In this document: positions 28,820-38,717 of the stretch, one piece after another | How the letters are laid out: each line of letters starts with the position of its first letter | Position numbering within the stretch: the first letter of the stretch is position 1 | Assembly (NCBI GenBank): GCA_038883655.1 | Contig: JAVZLQ010000005.1 | Span: forward strand, 10,854-74,853 | Direction: 5' to 3' | Length of the DNA: 64,000 nucleotides | Source: Candidatus Bathyarchaeia archaeon | GTDB lineage: Archaea; Thermoproteota; Bathyarchaeia; Bathyarchaeales; Bathycorpusculaceae | Made by a program: the position numbers and the translations under genes | The notes under the pieces: model-generated | What the model was told of the DNA's origin: nothing | What the model saw: the letters and a program-made list of their open reading frames with translations, nothing else | Databases searched by the model: none

Positions 28820-29313
28820 TCAGCCTTCGCCTCCTCACTACGGATTAATGCCTCTTTCTCGGCGAGAATATAAACATAACCAGCATCAGTCTTCCAGCGC
28901 CTAACAACTCCCTTCCTAACAAGTCCAAAAAGTGCCCCACTTAAAACCTTTCCAGAAAAGCTTAAACCGTTAGCCTCTAAGGCACTGCGCAGTTCTTCTA
29001 TGGTGCGTGGACGCCACTTCCCCCAGTCCGACTTAAGTATTTTTAGAAGCGCTTCATCACACTTTTCTGTTCGCGCAATCGTTGGAAACTTTTGCACTGT
29101 CGGTTCTTCTTTCGCCTCCGCCTTAACCGTGAGCTTAGTCACTGTTTTGGGCTTTAATCCCTCAAAAGCCTTTTGAACGTTAACCATCAGGGTCGGCAAG
29201 TCTTCAATTGTCTTTAGAACTTCTTCGCGTGTGCCGCTGACCTCAACCTCGTATTCGCCCATTCTAAAGCGCAGAGCAAAAAAGCCTTGGCCTTCCTTTC
29301 CTTTGCAATGCAA
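28816..29313 (-). CDS. Hypothetical hairpin/helix + wHTH protein
   Basis: LRFRMGEYEVEVSG N-terminus; LVRKGVVRRWKTDAGYVY wing. Confidence 0.7.
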   Translation of the reverse strand: MHCKGKEGQGFFALRFRMGEYEVEVSGTREEVLKTIEDLPTLMVNVQKAFEGLKPKTVTKLTVKAEAKEEPTVQKFPTIARTEKCDEALLKILKSDWGKWRPRTIEELRSALEANGLSFSGKVLSGALFGLVRKGVVRRWKTDAGYVYILAEKEALIRSEEAKAD

Positions 29314-29464
29314 CTCTCATCCCCACGTCTTATAGTGATGTTTGCAACTGCTTTTAGATTTTACGTATCGGATTTTGATATATGGCGTGGAAGGAAATAT
29401 CGTATTAAATATTAAGATATGCTAATTCTATTTAGCGCACTCACCCAAAACAGAGGAATAAAGC

Positions 29465-30094
29465 TTGGTTAAAAAGGCGGTCCTTGTCTGGATTTTCAGT
29501 TCGCTAACAATCGTCGCCTCGGCACATCTGGTCGAAGCAATATCCGTCATACTTTTCAACAGCGAAATTAGGCTGTTGGGTCTCTACCCATTTATAGGCG
29601 AAAAACTGCAGTTGTTAACTCCCGCAGCATATTTCTGGGTAAGCCTCTTCTCAGCTTTTACTCTTTGGGGAATAACATGCGCGGTAGCCTTTGAGAATCC
29701 AGTCGAGGCTTTCCTAAACAAAATTCTTTCAGATGCGAAAAAGCAGAGTGCCGTGGAAACACAACTTGTTGAGGATAAGAGTGAAGTTATAGATTTGATG
29801 AACGAGACGATTGAGGCAAATAACGAGGTGCTCTTGCAGGTTAAGGATTTAATCTACAACATAAGAGCGGAAGTTAAGGAAATTCAGCCATTAAAGGAGC
29901 TTGTAGAAAAGGTTAAGGCTGAGGTTGGGACTCTGAAGCGTGAGGTCAAGAGGATAGAGGAGAAGGTTAAATTTCCAATACTTTGCCCCGCATGCGGTAA
30001 GCCTCTTCTTCCAGAGTTTAAGATGTGCCCGTACTGTGGCGAGCAGATAAAGGTGCAGTATCCAGCGGTCATCGAAGTGAAAGACGTTAAATGA
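29465..30094 (+). CDS. 2-TM, coiled-coil, C-terminal zinc-ribbon protein
   Basis: Hydrophobic N-terminus, heptads, CPACG...CPYCG. Confidence 0.75.
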   Translation: MVKKAVLVWIFSSLTIVASAHLVEAISVILFNSEIRLLGLYPFIGEKLQLLTPAAYFWVSLFSAFTLWGITCAVAFENPVEAFLNKILSDAKKQSAVETQLVEDKSEVIDLMNETIEANNEVLLQVKDLIYNIRAEVKEIQPLKELVEKVKAEVGTLKREVKRIEEKVKFPILCPACGKPLLPEFKMCPYCGEQIKVQYPAVIEVKDVK

Positions 30095-30106
30095 AAATTG
30101 AGCGGT

Positions 30107-32008
30107 TTACTCCATTTTTTCCTTGAGTTTTTCCCTCAATATTTTGCTTAGCTGTGCAGCGTCGACTTTGCCCCTCAAATTTTGCATTAGTATGCCCATT
30201 AGGGCGCCGAAGCTTTCTTGTCCTTTTTCTTTAACGAGTTTTTCGTTTTCTGTTATTGCTTTTTCAACAAGCGCGGTCAGCTCGGTTTCTGAAAGTGTTT
30301 TGAAGCCAAGCGTGTTTATGGCTTCTTCTACGGTTTTTTCTTCGTTTTTTGAAAGCCAGACGTAGATTTCGTTTATTGCTTCTTTTGTCAGTTTTCCCGC
30401 GCCAACAAGCCTAAAAATTTCTCTTATTTTGCTTTCCGGAACCTTTTCTGTTTCGACACCGTCGCGTTTTAACGCTTTTAAGGTTTCTGTGAGGAAAACC
30501 GCGACGGTTGTTGGTGAAACGTTGCTTTCCTTAACTATTGTTTCGAATAGTTCGCCGTATTCCGAATCCATTATTTGCTTTGCAAGTTTCTGGTTTAGCC
30601 TGTACTGTTTCATCAAGCGTTCAAACTTTTGTTCTGGAAGTTCCGGCAATGTGGCGCGGATTTTTTCCAGCATTTCTTTTGTTATTTGTGTGGGCGGTAT
30701 GTCTGTTTCTGGGTACATCCTTGCTGCGCCTGGTCTTGGGCGCATGTAGCGTGTTGTTCCATCTGGGTTTGCTGCTCTTGTTTCTTCTGGCACGCCTTTT
30801 ATGGCTTCTTTTGCTCTTTCAACAACTGCTTTTAGGGCGTCTTTGACGTTTTCTGGCGTGTCTGCCACAAAGACTATGGCGTCTTCTGGGTTGGCTTTTA
30901 CCGCGTTTTTTAGGTTTTCTATTTCTTCTTGTGTTATTCCGTACGCTGGCATTTCGTCTGTGTGGAATATTCCGCCCACTCTGCCCCAGAACCGTGCTCT
31001 GTCAGCCATTTCTGTTCCGAGGCGGAAGTTTGGCAGTAGTTCACGTTTCAGTAGCCCATTGAATTTTGGTAGTTTTACTGCTAGGACTTGGTGTTTTTTG
31101 TCTAGGGCTTTGCGAATGACTTTGCATTTTGTTTTTTCGAAAACTTTTGTTACGTCAAAGAATTCCTCTTTTATGGCTTCTGGTTTTGCGCCTCTTTTTT
31201 GTAGTTCTCTGCTTATTTCTATTAGGTTTAGTTGGCGTTGAACCTCATACTCCACAACAAGCGGCAGAAGCTCGAGTTCTTGTACGCCTTTTATTTCTGT
31301 TAGTGCACCTTCAGCTATGGATATGTTTAGGTCTTGTCTTATTGTGCCTAGTCCGCGTTTGACTTTGCCAGTAGCCCTTAGTATTCTTCCTATTGCCAGC
31401 GCGACTTCTCCTGCTTCTTTTGACGTGTTTATTACTGGGGCGGTTGCGATTTCTATTAGTGGTATGCCCAGTCGGTCTATGCGATAGCGTATTGTGTTTT
31501 CTTCTTCGCCCATTTTGCGGGCTGCGTCTTCTTCTAGGCTTATGTGTTCTATTGGAACTGTTTTTCCGCCGATGGCTATTTCGCCTTTTAGGGCTATTAC
31601 GCATGTGCGTTGAAAACCAGTGGTGTTTGAGCCGTCTATGACTGTTTTGCGCATTACGTGGATTTCGTCTACTGGTTTCGCCTTTAGCATCAAGGCTACT
31701 GTTAAGGCGATTTCTACGGCTTCTGTGTTTAATGGGTGTGGTGGTTCTTCGTCCATTTCGACTAGGCAAGATGTTTCGCGGTTTGCTTCGTAGAGGATTT
31801 TTACTCCTTTTTGGAATTCGAAGTAGGCTGCTGGGTCTATTTGTCCGAGTTCGCTTTGTGTTGGTCTTAAACGTCTTATGAAGGTGATTTCTGGTTCGCC
31901 TTTGAAGAGTTCTGTTTTGCATTGGCAGAAGAGCTTTGCTTTGGTGTCGAGTTGCTGGTGTATTTCCAAGCCGACTTTTAACCCAACTTTGCTATAGTCT
32001 ATTTCCAT
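30107..32008 (-). CDS. gatE: Glu-tRNA(Gln) amidotransferase subunit E
   Basis: GLEIHQQL, DGSNTTGFQRT, RPRPGAARMYPETD. Confidence 0.96.
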   Translation of the reverse strand: MEIDYSKVGLKVGLEIHQQLDTKAKLFCQCKTELFKGEPEITFIRRLRPTQSELGQIDPAAYFEFQKGVKILYEANRETSCLVEMDEEPPHPLNTEAVEIALTVALMLKAKPVDEIHVMRKTVIDGSNTTGFQRTCVIALKGEIAIGGKTVPIEHISLEEDAARKMGEEENTIRYRIDRLGIPLIEIATAPVINTSKEAGEVALAIGRILRATGKVKRGLGTIRQDLNISIAEGALTEIKGVQELELLPLVVEYEVQRQLNLIEISRELQKRGAKPEAIKEEFFDVTKVFEKTKCKVIRKALDKKHQVLAVKLPKFNGLLKRELLPNFRLGTEMADRARFWGRVGGIFHTDEMPAYGITQEEIENLKNAVKANPEDAIVFVADTPENVKDALKAVVERAKEAIKGVPEETRAANPDGTTRYMRPRPGAARMYPETDIPPTQITKEMLEKIRATLPELPEQKFERLMKQYRLNQKLAKQIMDSEYGELFETIVKESNVSPTTVAVFLTETLKALKRDGVETEKVPESKIREIFRLVGAGKLTKEAINEIYVWLSKNEEKTVEEAINTLGFKTLSETELTALVEKAITENEKLVKEKGQESFGALMGILMQNLRGKVDAAQLSKILREKLKEKME

Positions 32009-32027
32009 GTTTCGGGTGGCACCCTCC

Positions 32028-33365
32028 CTATAACGTAGTTTCTTCTGGCAGCGTCCGCGGCGAGAATTCGCCGGCTATGTTCGTTTTTAGTAGCGTTTTT
32101 GCTTCTTCTGGGTTTTGGGTTTGCCCGAAAATCCACATGAGTTTTATTAGCGCCGTTTCGGGCAGCATGTCTTCGAGTGGCATTACCCCTAGTGCTTGTA
32201 AGTCTCTGCCTGTGTCGTATACGTTCATGTTTACGCGTCCCCAGATGCATTGCGAGGTCATTGCTACGATTACGTTGTTTTCCACAGCCTTTTTTATTGC
32301 GTTGTAGCATGCGCTGCTCACGTGTCCTAGTCCTGTTCCTTCTAGGACTATGCCTAAATAACCGTTTTCCACATGCCATTCTATTATGGCGGGGTTCATG
32401 TTTGGATAGAACTTTATTAGTGCTACTTTTTCGCTGAAGTTTGACTTTAGCACTAGCCTTCTTGTTTTGTCTCTTGGCATATACGCGTCTGTCAGCATTG
32501 TTATTTGCTGGTTTTGTACGCGTGCTATAGGCGTGGCGTTTACGCTTTTGAACGTGTCTCTTCTGCTTGTGTGGCACTTGCGCACTTTTGTTCCGCGGTG
32601 AATGACAATTGCCGTATCGGAAGGCGTTTCGTGCATTGCGATGGCGACTTCTGCGAATGGAGCTTTTGCTGCGGCTATAGCTGCGCCTATTAGGTTTGTG
32701 GCTGCGTCTGAGCTTGGGCGGTCTGCTGAACGCTGCGAGCCAACAAGGATTACGGGTACGGGCAGGTTTTGTAGGGCGAAGCTTAGGGCTGCAGCCGTAT
32801 ACGCCATTGTGTCTGTTCCATGCGCGATTACTACGCCATCAACGCCTTCTGCTATTTTTTTAGCTGTTGCTTCGGCGATTTGCGTCCAGTGTTTTGCAGT
32901 TATGTTTTCGCTGAATACGCTGAAGAGGATTTGGGCGTCTATTTGGGCTATTTCGGCAAGTTCTGGAACTACGCTGTAAAGGTCGCTTGCCGACAATGCG
33001 GGACGAACAGCGCCAGTCCTATAGTCAACGCGGCTTGCAATTGTGCCGCCAGTGCTGATTATGGCGATGCGTGGAAGCGTTGGGTTTTGCTGTGGAAGGG
33101 GTTGCGGAACAAAAATTGGCTTTGCGCCTTCGCCGATGCGCTCTATATGCGTGTCTGGTGTTATGCGAACGCCGATGTTGTAGCCGCTCTTCAACTTGAT
33201 AACAATGTGCCTTTCATCGCCATACTCAGAACGGGGAATAAGGATTCCCTCATAAATCTCGCCATCCTTTGTTATACGCAATAAATCGCCAATTTCCGCT
33301 CTAGCTTTTTTTATGGCTTCTAAAGCTTCACCTCTATAACCAGAAAATTTCTCTTCTTGACTCAT
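32028..33365 (-). CDS. gatD: Glu-tRNA(Gln) amidotransferase subunit D
   Basis: KLKSGYNIG, TGGTIASRVDY, HGTDT, GSQRSADRPSSD. Confidence 0.96.
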   Translation of the reverse strand: MSQEEKFSGYRGEALEAIKKARAEIGDLLRITKDGEIYEGILIPRSEYGDERHIVIKLKSGYNIGVRITPDTHIERIGEGAKPIFVPQPLPQQNPTLPRIAIISTGGTIASRVDYRTGAVRPALSASDLYSVVPELAEIAQIDAQILFSVFSENITAKHWTQIAEATAKKIAEGVDGVVIAHGTDTMAYTAAALSFALQNLPVPVILVGSQRSADRPSSDAATNLIGAAIAAAKAPFAEVAIAMHETPSDTAIVIHRGTKVRKCHTSRRDTFKSVNATPIARVQNQQITMLTDAYMPRDKTRRLVLKSNFSEKVALIKFYPNMNPAIIEWHVENGYLGIVLEGTGLGHVSSACYNAIKKAVENNVIVAMTSQCIWGRVNMNVYDTGRDLQALGVMPLEDMLPETALIKLMWIFGQTQNPEEAKTLLKTNIAGEFSPRTLPEETTL

Positions 33366-33603
33366 TTTAAACTCTCAAACATTTGAAGCTTCAGAAAGCT
33401 AATATGCTTTTTTATTTGATTGGTATAAGTGAGGTTCGGTTAAAAATGGATGTAGGCGAGTTTGTTGGGTCTGCAATTATATAGTAGTTGGCGCAGCACC
33501 ATTCCTCGGATACGCCTTGAGTCAACATAAAAGTTAACTTATAACCAACATACCAATGGCAAAATTTACTAATAGGCATAGGTATAGTTAAATTTGATGA
33601 TAT

Positions 33604-34524
33604 ATGCCTAAATGTGAACATTGTGGAAAAGAGGTTATTCTTCCATACAAATGCGGTTTCTGTGGACACTATTTTTGTGTTGAGCATAGGCTTCCAGAAA
33701 ATCATAACTGTCCAGATCTTTCATTCAGATTCCAGCGGGAAGAAAAAGTTGAAGAACAAAAAATTGAAAAAGAGAGAATAGCCTCTGAAGGAGAATTACA
33801 CTTTGTTAAAGAATCTACTGAGAAGCATGGGGCTGAAGAGCCTAAACCAAAAGGAAAATTAAAATATATTGTCTCTATTTTCTGTATACTCTTAATCCTT
33901 GTAGGTTATGCAAGCTACAGCTTCGGTTATAACACTGGTTCTAATGCTTCATTTAATACTGGCTACGATTTAGGATACGCCCAAGGATACATCAACGGCA
34001 ATCTAACGGGCTTTGAACTAGGTTATAGAAATGGCAACTCAAGCGGTTATTTACTAGGATATCAATATGGCAACATAACAGGTTATGAACTTGGCTATTT
34101 AGATGGCAACTCTAGCGGTTACATTGAAGGCTATAATAAAGGCTATCTTGATGGAGTAAAAGATGGAGCAGGAACGGGTTATAACATCAGAGACCCAACC
34201 TACCAAGAGATGCTCAACTTCATAGCCTCAGATAAAACCGATGAAAATGAATATTCAGAAAACTATACATGCCTTCACTTTACAGCAGACGTCAAAAGCC
34301 ATGCTTTTGATGAAGGATATAAATGTGGATTCGTCTACGTGGAATTCAGAGATGGCGCCCACGCAATAGTCTGCTTTAACACCACAGACCAAGGCTTAAT
34401 TTTCATAGAACCCCAATCAGATGAAATAGTAACTTTAACAATTGGACAGCCATACTGGGATAGAACAAAATATGAACCGCCAGACTACGATGATACCGTC
34501 ATCAGCTTTACCATAATCTGGTAA
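33604..34524 (+). CDS. AN1 Zn-finger / TM / Gly-Tyr repeat / transglutaminase-like domain protein
   Basis: CEHC...CGFCGHYFCVEHRLPENHNC; GYxxG repeats; YTCLHF...HAIVCF...IEPQ. Confidence 0.75.
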   Translation: MPKCEHCGKEVILPYKCGFCGHYFCVEHRLPENHNCPDLSFRFQREEKVEEQKIEKERIASEGELHFVKESTEKHGAEEPKPKGKLKYIVSIFCILLILVGYASYSFGYNTGSNASFNTGYDLGYAQGYINGNLTGFELGYRNGNSSGYLLGYQYGNITGYELGYLDGNSSGYIEGYNKGYLDGVKDGAGTGYNIRDPTYQEMLNFIASDKTDENEYSENYTCLHFTADVKSHAFDEGYKCGFVYVEFRDGAHAIVCFNTTDQGLIFIEPQSDEIVTLTIGQPYWDRTKYEPPDYDDTVISFTIIW

Positions 34525-34526
34525 TA

Positions 34527-36134
34527 TCAACCTAACATTTTTGACATGTACGGTCCATCGTAGGCATAGCCGAACCGTTTATAATATTCCTTTGTTCCTA
34601 ATGCGCTTATGACTAAAATTTTCTTTAAGTCATACTCTTGGCGTGTTATGCGTTCTGCTTCAGCCAACAAGATTCCGCCATAACCCTTATGTTGCCACGC
34701 TTTAGCCAAATGTTTGCCTACTGGCACTAATGGTCCGTAAACATGCAGTTCCCTCACAATTGCACATGGCATTTCCCTAATTTCTGGTCTATGCGCTTTG
34801 GCTGACGGAACCCGCAAACGCAGATACCCAATCAAAACATCATTCACCCTATCCTCAACAGAAATGAAAATTTCCTCACCCTCAGACGCAGTATACTTCG
34901 TAACAAAAACTTCTATATTTTCTGGGTCTGGCTTAACTTTATCAGCCATAAGCCTATGTCCAACTTCCCTACAACGAATACACCTACAGCGGACACCGCG
35001 CTCCTTAAGCCTCTGCTGAACAAGCTGCCGCAAGTTACTACGGTTAACGCCAGCAACAATGAGCGGCGCTGGAATATCACGCTGCACACGCATGATGCGA
35101 ACCCAAGGCGGAATGATACGCTTGACTTCAACAATCAAATCCGCTGCCTCTTCAGTCGTGTAGGGCTTGTATTCGCCGCGCAAAAACCACTCATACGCCT
35201 TAGTATCTTTCAAAACCAAACAAGGATAAACCTTAACCATATCAGGCTTAAAGGCAGGATTCTCAAAAATCATCCTAAAAGCCTCCAAATCCCGCTTAAA
35301 GTCAGAGCCGGGCAGTCCGGGCATCATGTGATAAACAATTTTTAAACCAGCATCCTTCAATATCCGCGTAGCCTCAACCACATCCGCCACGCTGTGCATC
35401 CTACCAACCAAACTATAAATCTCATCACTTGGATTCTGCACACCCAACTCAACCCTTGTAACACCCAAATCCAACATGTGGTCAACATGCCTTTCCTTAG
35501 CCCAGTCTGGACGAGTCTCAACAGTAATACCCACATTACGAATCCTACTCACCTCAGCATTCTTTTTCGCTTCCTCAAGCGTCGTTGACTCCCTCTCCGT
35601 AATAGCATCTAAACAACCCTTAACAAACCAACGCTGATAATCCAAGGGCATAGCAGGAAAAGTCCCACCCATAACAATCAACTCAACCTTATCCACACTA
35701 TGCCCAATCGCACGCAACTGTTCAATACGACTCCTAACCTGCCCAAAAGGATCAAACTCATGCTGCAAACCACGCATAGCCGCGGGCTCAAAACCAGTAT
35801 AGCTTTGTGGCACACCAAAAGGCGGACCACCAGGACAGTAAGCGCAGGGACTCGGCTGAGGACATGGATAAGGCTTAGTCATAACCGCCACTATGGTAAC
35901 TCCAGAAATGGTGCGCGTTGCTTTCCTACGCAGAACTGGCAGAAGCCTACGCTTCTCATCCGCTCTAAGAGCGCGTATTATTTCAGCGTTTGACGGAATA
36001 CGCTTCAACTTGTATTTGGCTGCAACCCGCAACTTGACACGGTTAACATGCTCTTGGCTAGGCGAAGGAACATGCATCAAATTGTCGATTATTTCCCTTA
36101 TCGCTTGACTCTCACTCAAGCCAACGTCAGCCAA
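34527..36134 (-). CDS. elp3: Elp3 radical-SAM tRNA acetyltransferase
   Basis: CPQPSPCAYCPGG, ETRPDW, RELHVYG, WQHKGYG. Confidence 0.95.
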   Translation of the reverse strand: MADVGLSESQAIREIIDNLMHVPSPSQEHVNRVKLRVAAKYKLKRIPSNAEIIRALRADEKRRLLPVLRRKATRTISGVTIVAVMTKPYPCPQPSPCAYCPGGPPFGVPQSYTGFEPAAMRGLQHEFDPFGQVRSRIEQLRAIGHSVDKVELIVMGGTFPAMPLDYQRWFVKGCLDAITERESTTLEEAKKNAEVSRIRNVGITVETRPDWAKERHVDHMLDLGVTRVELGVQNPSDEIYSLVGRMHSVADVVEATRILKDAGLKIVYHMMPGLPGSDFKRDLEAFRMIFENPAFKPDMVKVYPCLVLKDTKAYEWFLRGEYKPYTTEEAADLIVEVKRIIPPWVRIMRVQRDIPAPLIVAGVNRSNLRQLVQQRLKERGVRCRCIRCREVGHRLMADKVKPDPENIEVFVTKYTASEGEEIFISVEDRVNDVLIGYLRLRVPSAKAHRPEIREMPCAIVRELHVYGPLVPVGKHLAKAWQHKGYGGILLAEAERITRQEYDLKKILVISALGTKEYYKRFGYAYDGPYMSKMLG

Positions 36135-36165
36135 AATAGCTAGAGTGTAAGGAGATAAATAAACG

Positions 36166-37749
36166 CTAGCAGTTCAAGGCGCATTTTCCCCTTTCATAAA
36201 CAACCTTGCCGCCAATAATAACCATTTCGACGCTGACATCCCTAATCTTTTCTGGTGGTATCCTATCCAAATCCTCTGACAAAACAACCAGATCGGCAAG
36301 CTTCCCCACTTCAATGCTTCCCTTCAAGTTTTCCTCAAAAGAAGCATAAGCAGCATTCAAAGTATAAGTCCTAAGCGCCTCATCCAAACTAAGCCTTTCC
36401 TCGGCAAAATTCGCCTTCGCAACAGCAGCCCAAATCCCCAAAAGCGGATTGATAGGCTCAACAGGCGAGTCAGAACCAGAAGCAACCACTATACCCTCAC
36501 GCATAAGCGTCTTAAACGGGTAAACCCAACGCCCACGTCTTTCGCCGACACGCTGGAAAACCCAAAAGTCAGAAACAACAAAATGAGGCTGAACAGAAGC
36601 TATTAACCCCAAACGATTAATACGCTTAATCAACCGCGGATTCAAAACAGAACAATGCTCAATTCTATGCCTATGATTCTCGCGTGGAAAAACTTTAAAC
36701 GCTATTTCATAAGCCTTCAAAACAGCTTCTACCGCGCGGTCACCAATAGCATGAACAGCCAACTGCAAGCCAGCCCTATGCGCCTTCAAAACAAGCCTAT
36801 TAAGGCTTCGCTGCGTATAAAGCAGCATCCCACTCGTTTTAGGGTCATCAAAATAAGGCTCTTTCAAGGCAGCAGTACGCGCGCCAAGAGAACCATCAGC
36901 AAAAACCTTAACAAAACCAAGCTTAAGCATACTGTTGCCAAAACCCGAAAGCAAACCCAAACAAACAAGCGCATCCAAAAGCCTAGCGGGAACACCAAGA
37001 TAAACCCTTAATGGAAGTTTTCCCTCAAAGTAAAGCTTCTGAACAACACGAATCTCATCAACCGAATCAACAACCCAATGAACACCAGTAAGCCCAGCCC
37101 TCACAGCTTCCCAGCAAGCGCGAAGGCAAAATTCCTCCATACTCTTCAAGTCAGGCTTAGGAACAACTCTCCAAACAAGCTCCAAAGCGTTTTCACGCAA
37201 AACCCCAGTAGGCTCACCACCAGCATCCAAATCCACTTTTCCACCATCAACAACCGTTTTCCCAGTTATACCAGCCAACTCCAACGCCCTACCGTTGACA
37301 ACGCCAATATGCCCACAAACCCGCACCAAAAAGACAGGCTTTTCTTTAACAACAGCATCCAAATCCCAACGGTTCGGAAGACGCTTTTCAATAAACCGCT
37401 CATGGTCCCATCTACCACCCAAAACCCAAGGCTTCTCGGGATTTTTCGCCACGTACTCACGGATTTTCTGCTGCACCTCCACAATTGATTTTGCATCCCT
37501 CAAATCCACAGTCTGCAGAAAACTCCCAAAACCAGCCATGTGCACATGACAATCAACAAGCCCTGGAACAACACTTTTGCCTTTTGCATCAACAACCCTT
37601 GTCCCATCTGACACGTACTTGCGAACCTCACTGTTTGAGCCGACAGCCACTAGCCTATCGCCGAAAACAGCAACAGCCTCAGCACGAGGTCTACGCTCAT
37701 CCAAAGTAATGACGTTAGCATTCAAAATAACGAGACTAGCACCAAACAT
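36166..37749 (-). CDS. Amidohydrolase (YtcJ-like)
   Basis: PGLVDCHVH, DGSLG, HAIGD, RIEH, GSDSP. Confidence 0.9.
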   Translation of the reverse strand: MFGASLVILNANVITLDERRPRAEAVAVFGDRLVAVGSNSEVRKYVSDGTRVVDAKGKSVVPGLVDCHVHMAGFGSFLQTVDLRDAKSIVEVQQKIREYVAKNPEKPWVLGGRWDHERFIEKRLPNRWDLDAVVKEKPVFLVRVCGHIGVVNGRALELAGITGKTVVDGGKVDLDAGGEPTGVLRENALELVWRVVPKPDLKSMEEFCLRACWEAVRAGLTGVHWVVDSVDEIRVVQKLYFEGKLPLRVYLGVPARLLDALVCLGLLSGFGNSMLKLGFVKVFADGSLGARTAALKEPYFDDPKTSGMLLYTQRSLNRLVLKAHRAGLQLAVHAIGDRAVEAVLKAYEIAFKVFPRENHRHRIEHCSVLNPRLIKRINRLGLIASVQPHFVVSDFWVFQRVGERRGRWVYPFKTLMREGIVVASGSDSPVEPINPLLGIWAAVAKANFAEERLSLDEALRTYTLNAAYASFEENLKGSIEVGKLADLVVLSEDLDRIPPEKIRDVSVEMVIIGGKVVYERGKCALNC

Positions 37750-37783
37750 GCATAAACGATATTAGACAAATAAGATAAAAGCT

Positions 37784-37945
37784 TTAAACCCAGTTCTGCC
37801 CAGGCTTACGCTGCAAAAGAAGACGCTTCTCATAATTACGCCTATTCCTAAACCTAGGCGCAGGACTCTTCTTACCCAAAGGCTGAACCTTAGGAGTCTG
37901 AGACCTAACCTTACCAGCCTTCGAAAGCGAACCATGCGTAGGCAT
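37784..37945 (-). CDS. rps30e: 30S ribosomal protein eS30
   Basis: [20 protein letters not shown]. Confidence 0.95.
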   Translation of the reverse strand: MPTHGSLSKAGKVRSQTPKVQPLGKKSPAPRFRNRRNYEKRLLLQRKPGQNWV

Positions 37946-38016
37946 ACCAATCACCAACAACAATAAAACACAGTAACTCTTAAACCTTTTCCACACAAAC
38001 AATCACACAGCAAACA

Positions 38017-38104
38017 GCGGGGGTCGCCGAGCCTGGTCAAAGGCGCAGGCTTCAGGAGCCTGTCCCGTAGGGGTTCGTGGGTTCGAATCCCACCCCCCGC
38101 ACCA
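38017..38104 (+). tRNA. tRNA-Leu(CAG)
   Basis: Cloverleaf with long variable arm; CAGGC-TT-CAG-GA-GCCTG; CCA encoded. Confidence 0.95.
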
Positions 38105-38265
38105 AAAATAAAGCCCATACAAAGCATATTTTGACGAAATAATCCAAATTTAGAGAACATTGGCGGGACAAAGTTCAATGTAAAACTTACAGTACATTGT
38201 ACTTAAATCCCACAAAAGTTTGAAAAACCTTCATAAAATGTAGCGAACATCGTATTTACTTTAAA

Positions 38266-38340
38266 CGGGCGGGGTGGGATTTGAACCCACGACCACAAGC
38301 TTAGGAGGCTTGCGCCCTATCCATGCTAGGCTACCCGCCC
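38266..38340 (-). tRNA. tRNA-Arg(CCU)
   Basis: CAAGC-CT-CCT-AA-GCTTG anticodon arm; GTTCAAAT T-loop. Confidence 0.95.
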
Positions 38341-38435
38341 AGTAAGCATAACTTGGCGAAATTCAAATTTTAACTTAGTGCTGTTTGCGTTCGCAAAAAG
38401 CTTAAACTGTGCTGCGTTACCAGAAATAGTGCGGT

Positions 38436-38554
38436 GCGGGGGTACCCGAGCCAGGTCTAAATAGGCTGTTGGGGCGCAGACCAGCCTAAGACAGGGGGGA
38501 GGACTTAAGATCCTCTGGCGTAGGCCTCCGTGGGTTCGAATCCCACCCCCCGCA
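38436..38554 (+). tRNA. tRNA-Leu(UAA) with 34-nt D-arm intron (22/23, 38461-38494)
   Basis: GAGGA-CT-TAA-GA-TCCTC; BHB central helix GTCT/AGAC, inner helix TAGGCTG/CAGCCTA. Confidence 0.9.
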
Positions 38555-38638
38555 CTTTGCCAGAACCTTCAGGAGAAATCTCTACAGAGTGCATTAGAGG
38601 GGAGGGGCTAAGGAAAATAGAGCCTAGCCATGCGCCAT

Positions 38639-38717
38639 TTTCCAAAAACCTAGAGGGGGCATCAAATTTGGGACGCCTGCAACTGCGCAAAATTGACTTT
38701 CCAAAAATCTAGAGGGG
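38639..38717. repeat. 20-bp direct repeat TTTCCAAAAA(C/T)CTAGAGGGG
   Basis: Copies at 38639-38658 and 38698-38717 with one mismatch. Confidence 0.75.

Noticed and set aside
30123-37709. Many long antisense or alternative-frame ORFs over gatDE, elp3 and the amidohydrolase
   Set aside because: Low-complexity shadows caused by strong strand skew; they overlap confident genes
38171-38204. 12-bp imperfect inverted repeat between convergent tRNA genes
   Set aside because: Adequately explained as a terminator-like hairpin or chance; no dif consensus
38595-38717. CRISPR array
   Set aside because: Only two near-complete 20-bp copies, no leader and no cas genes
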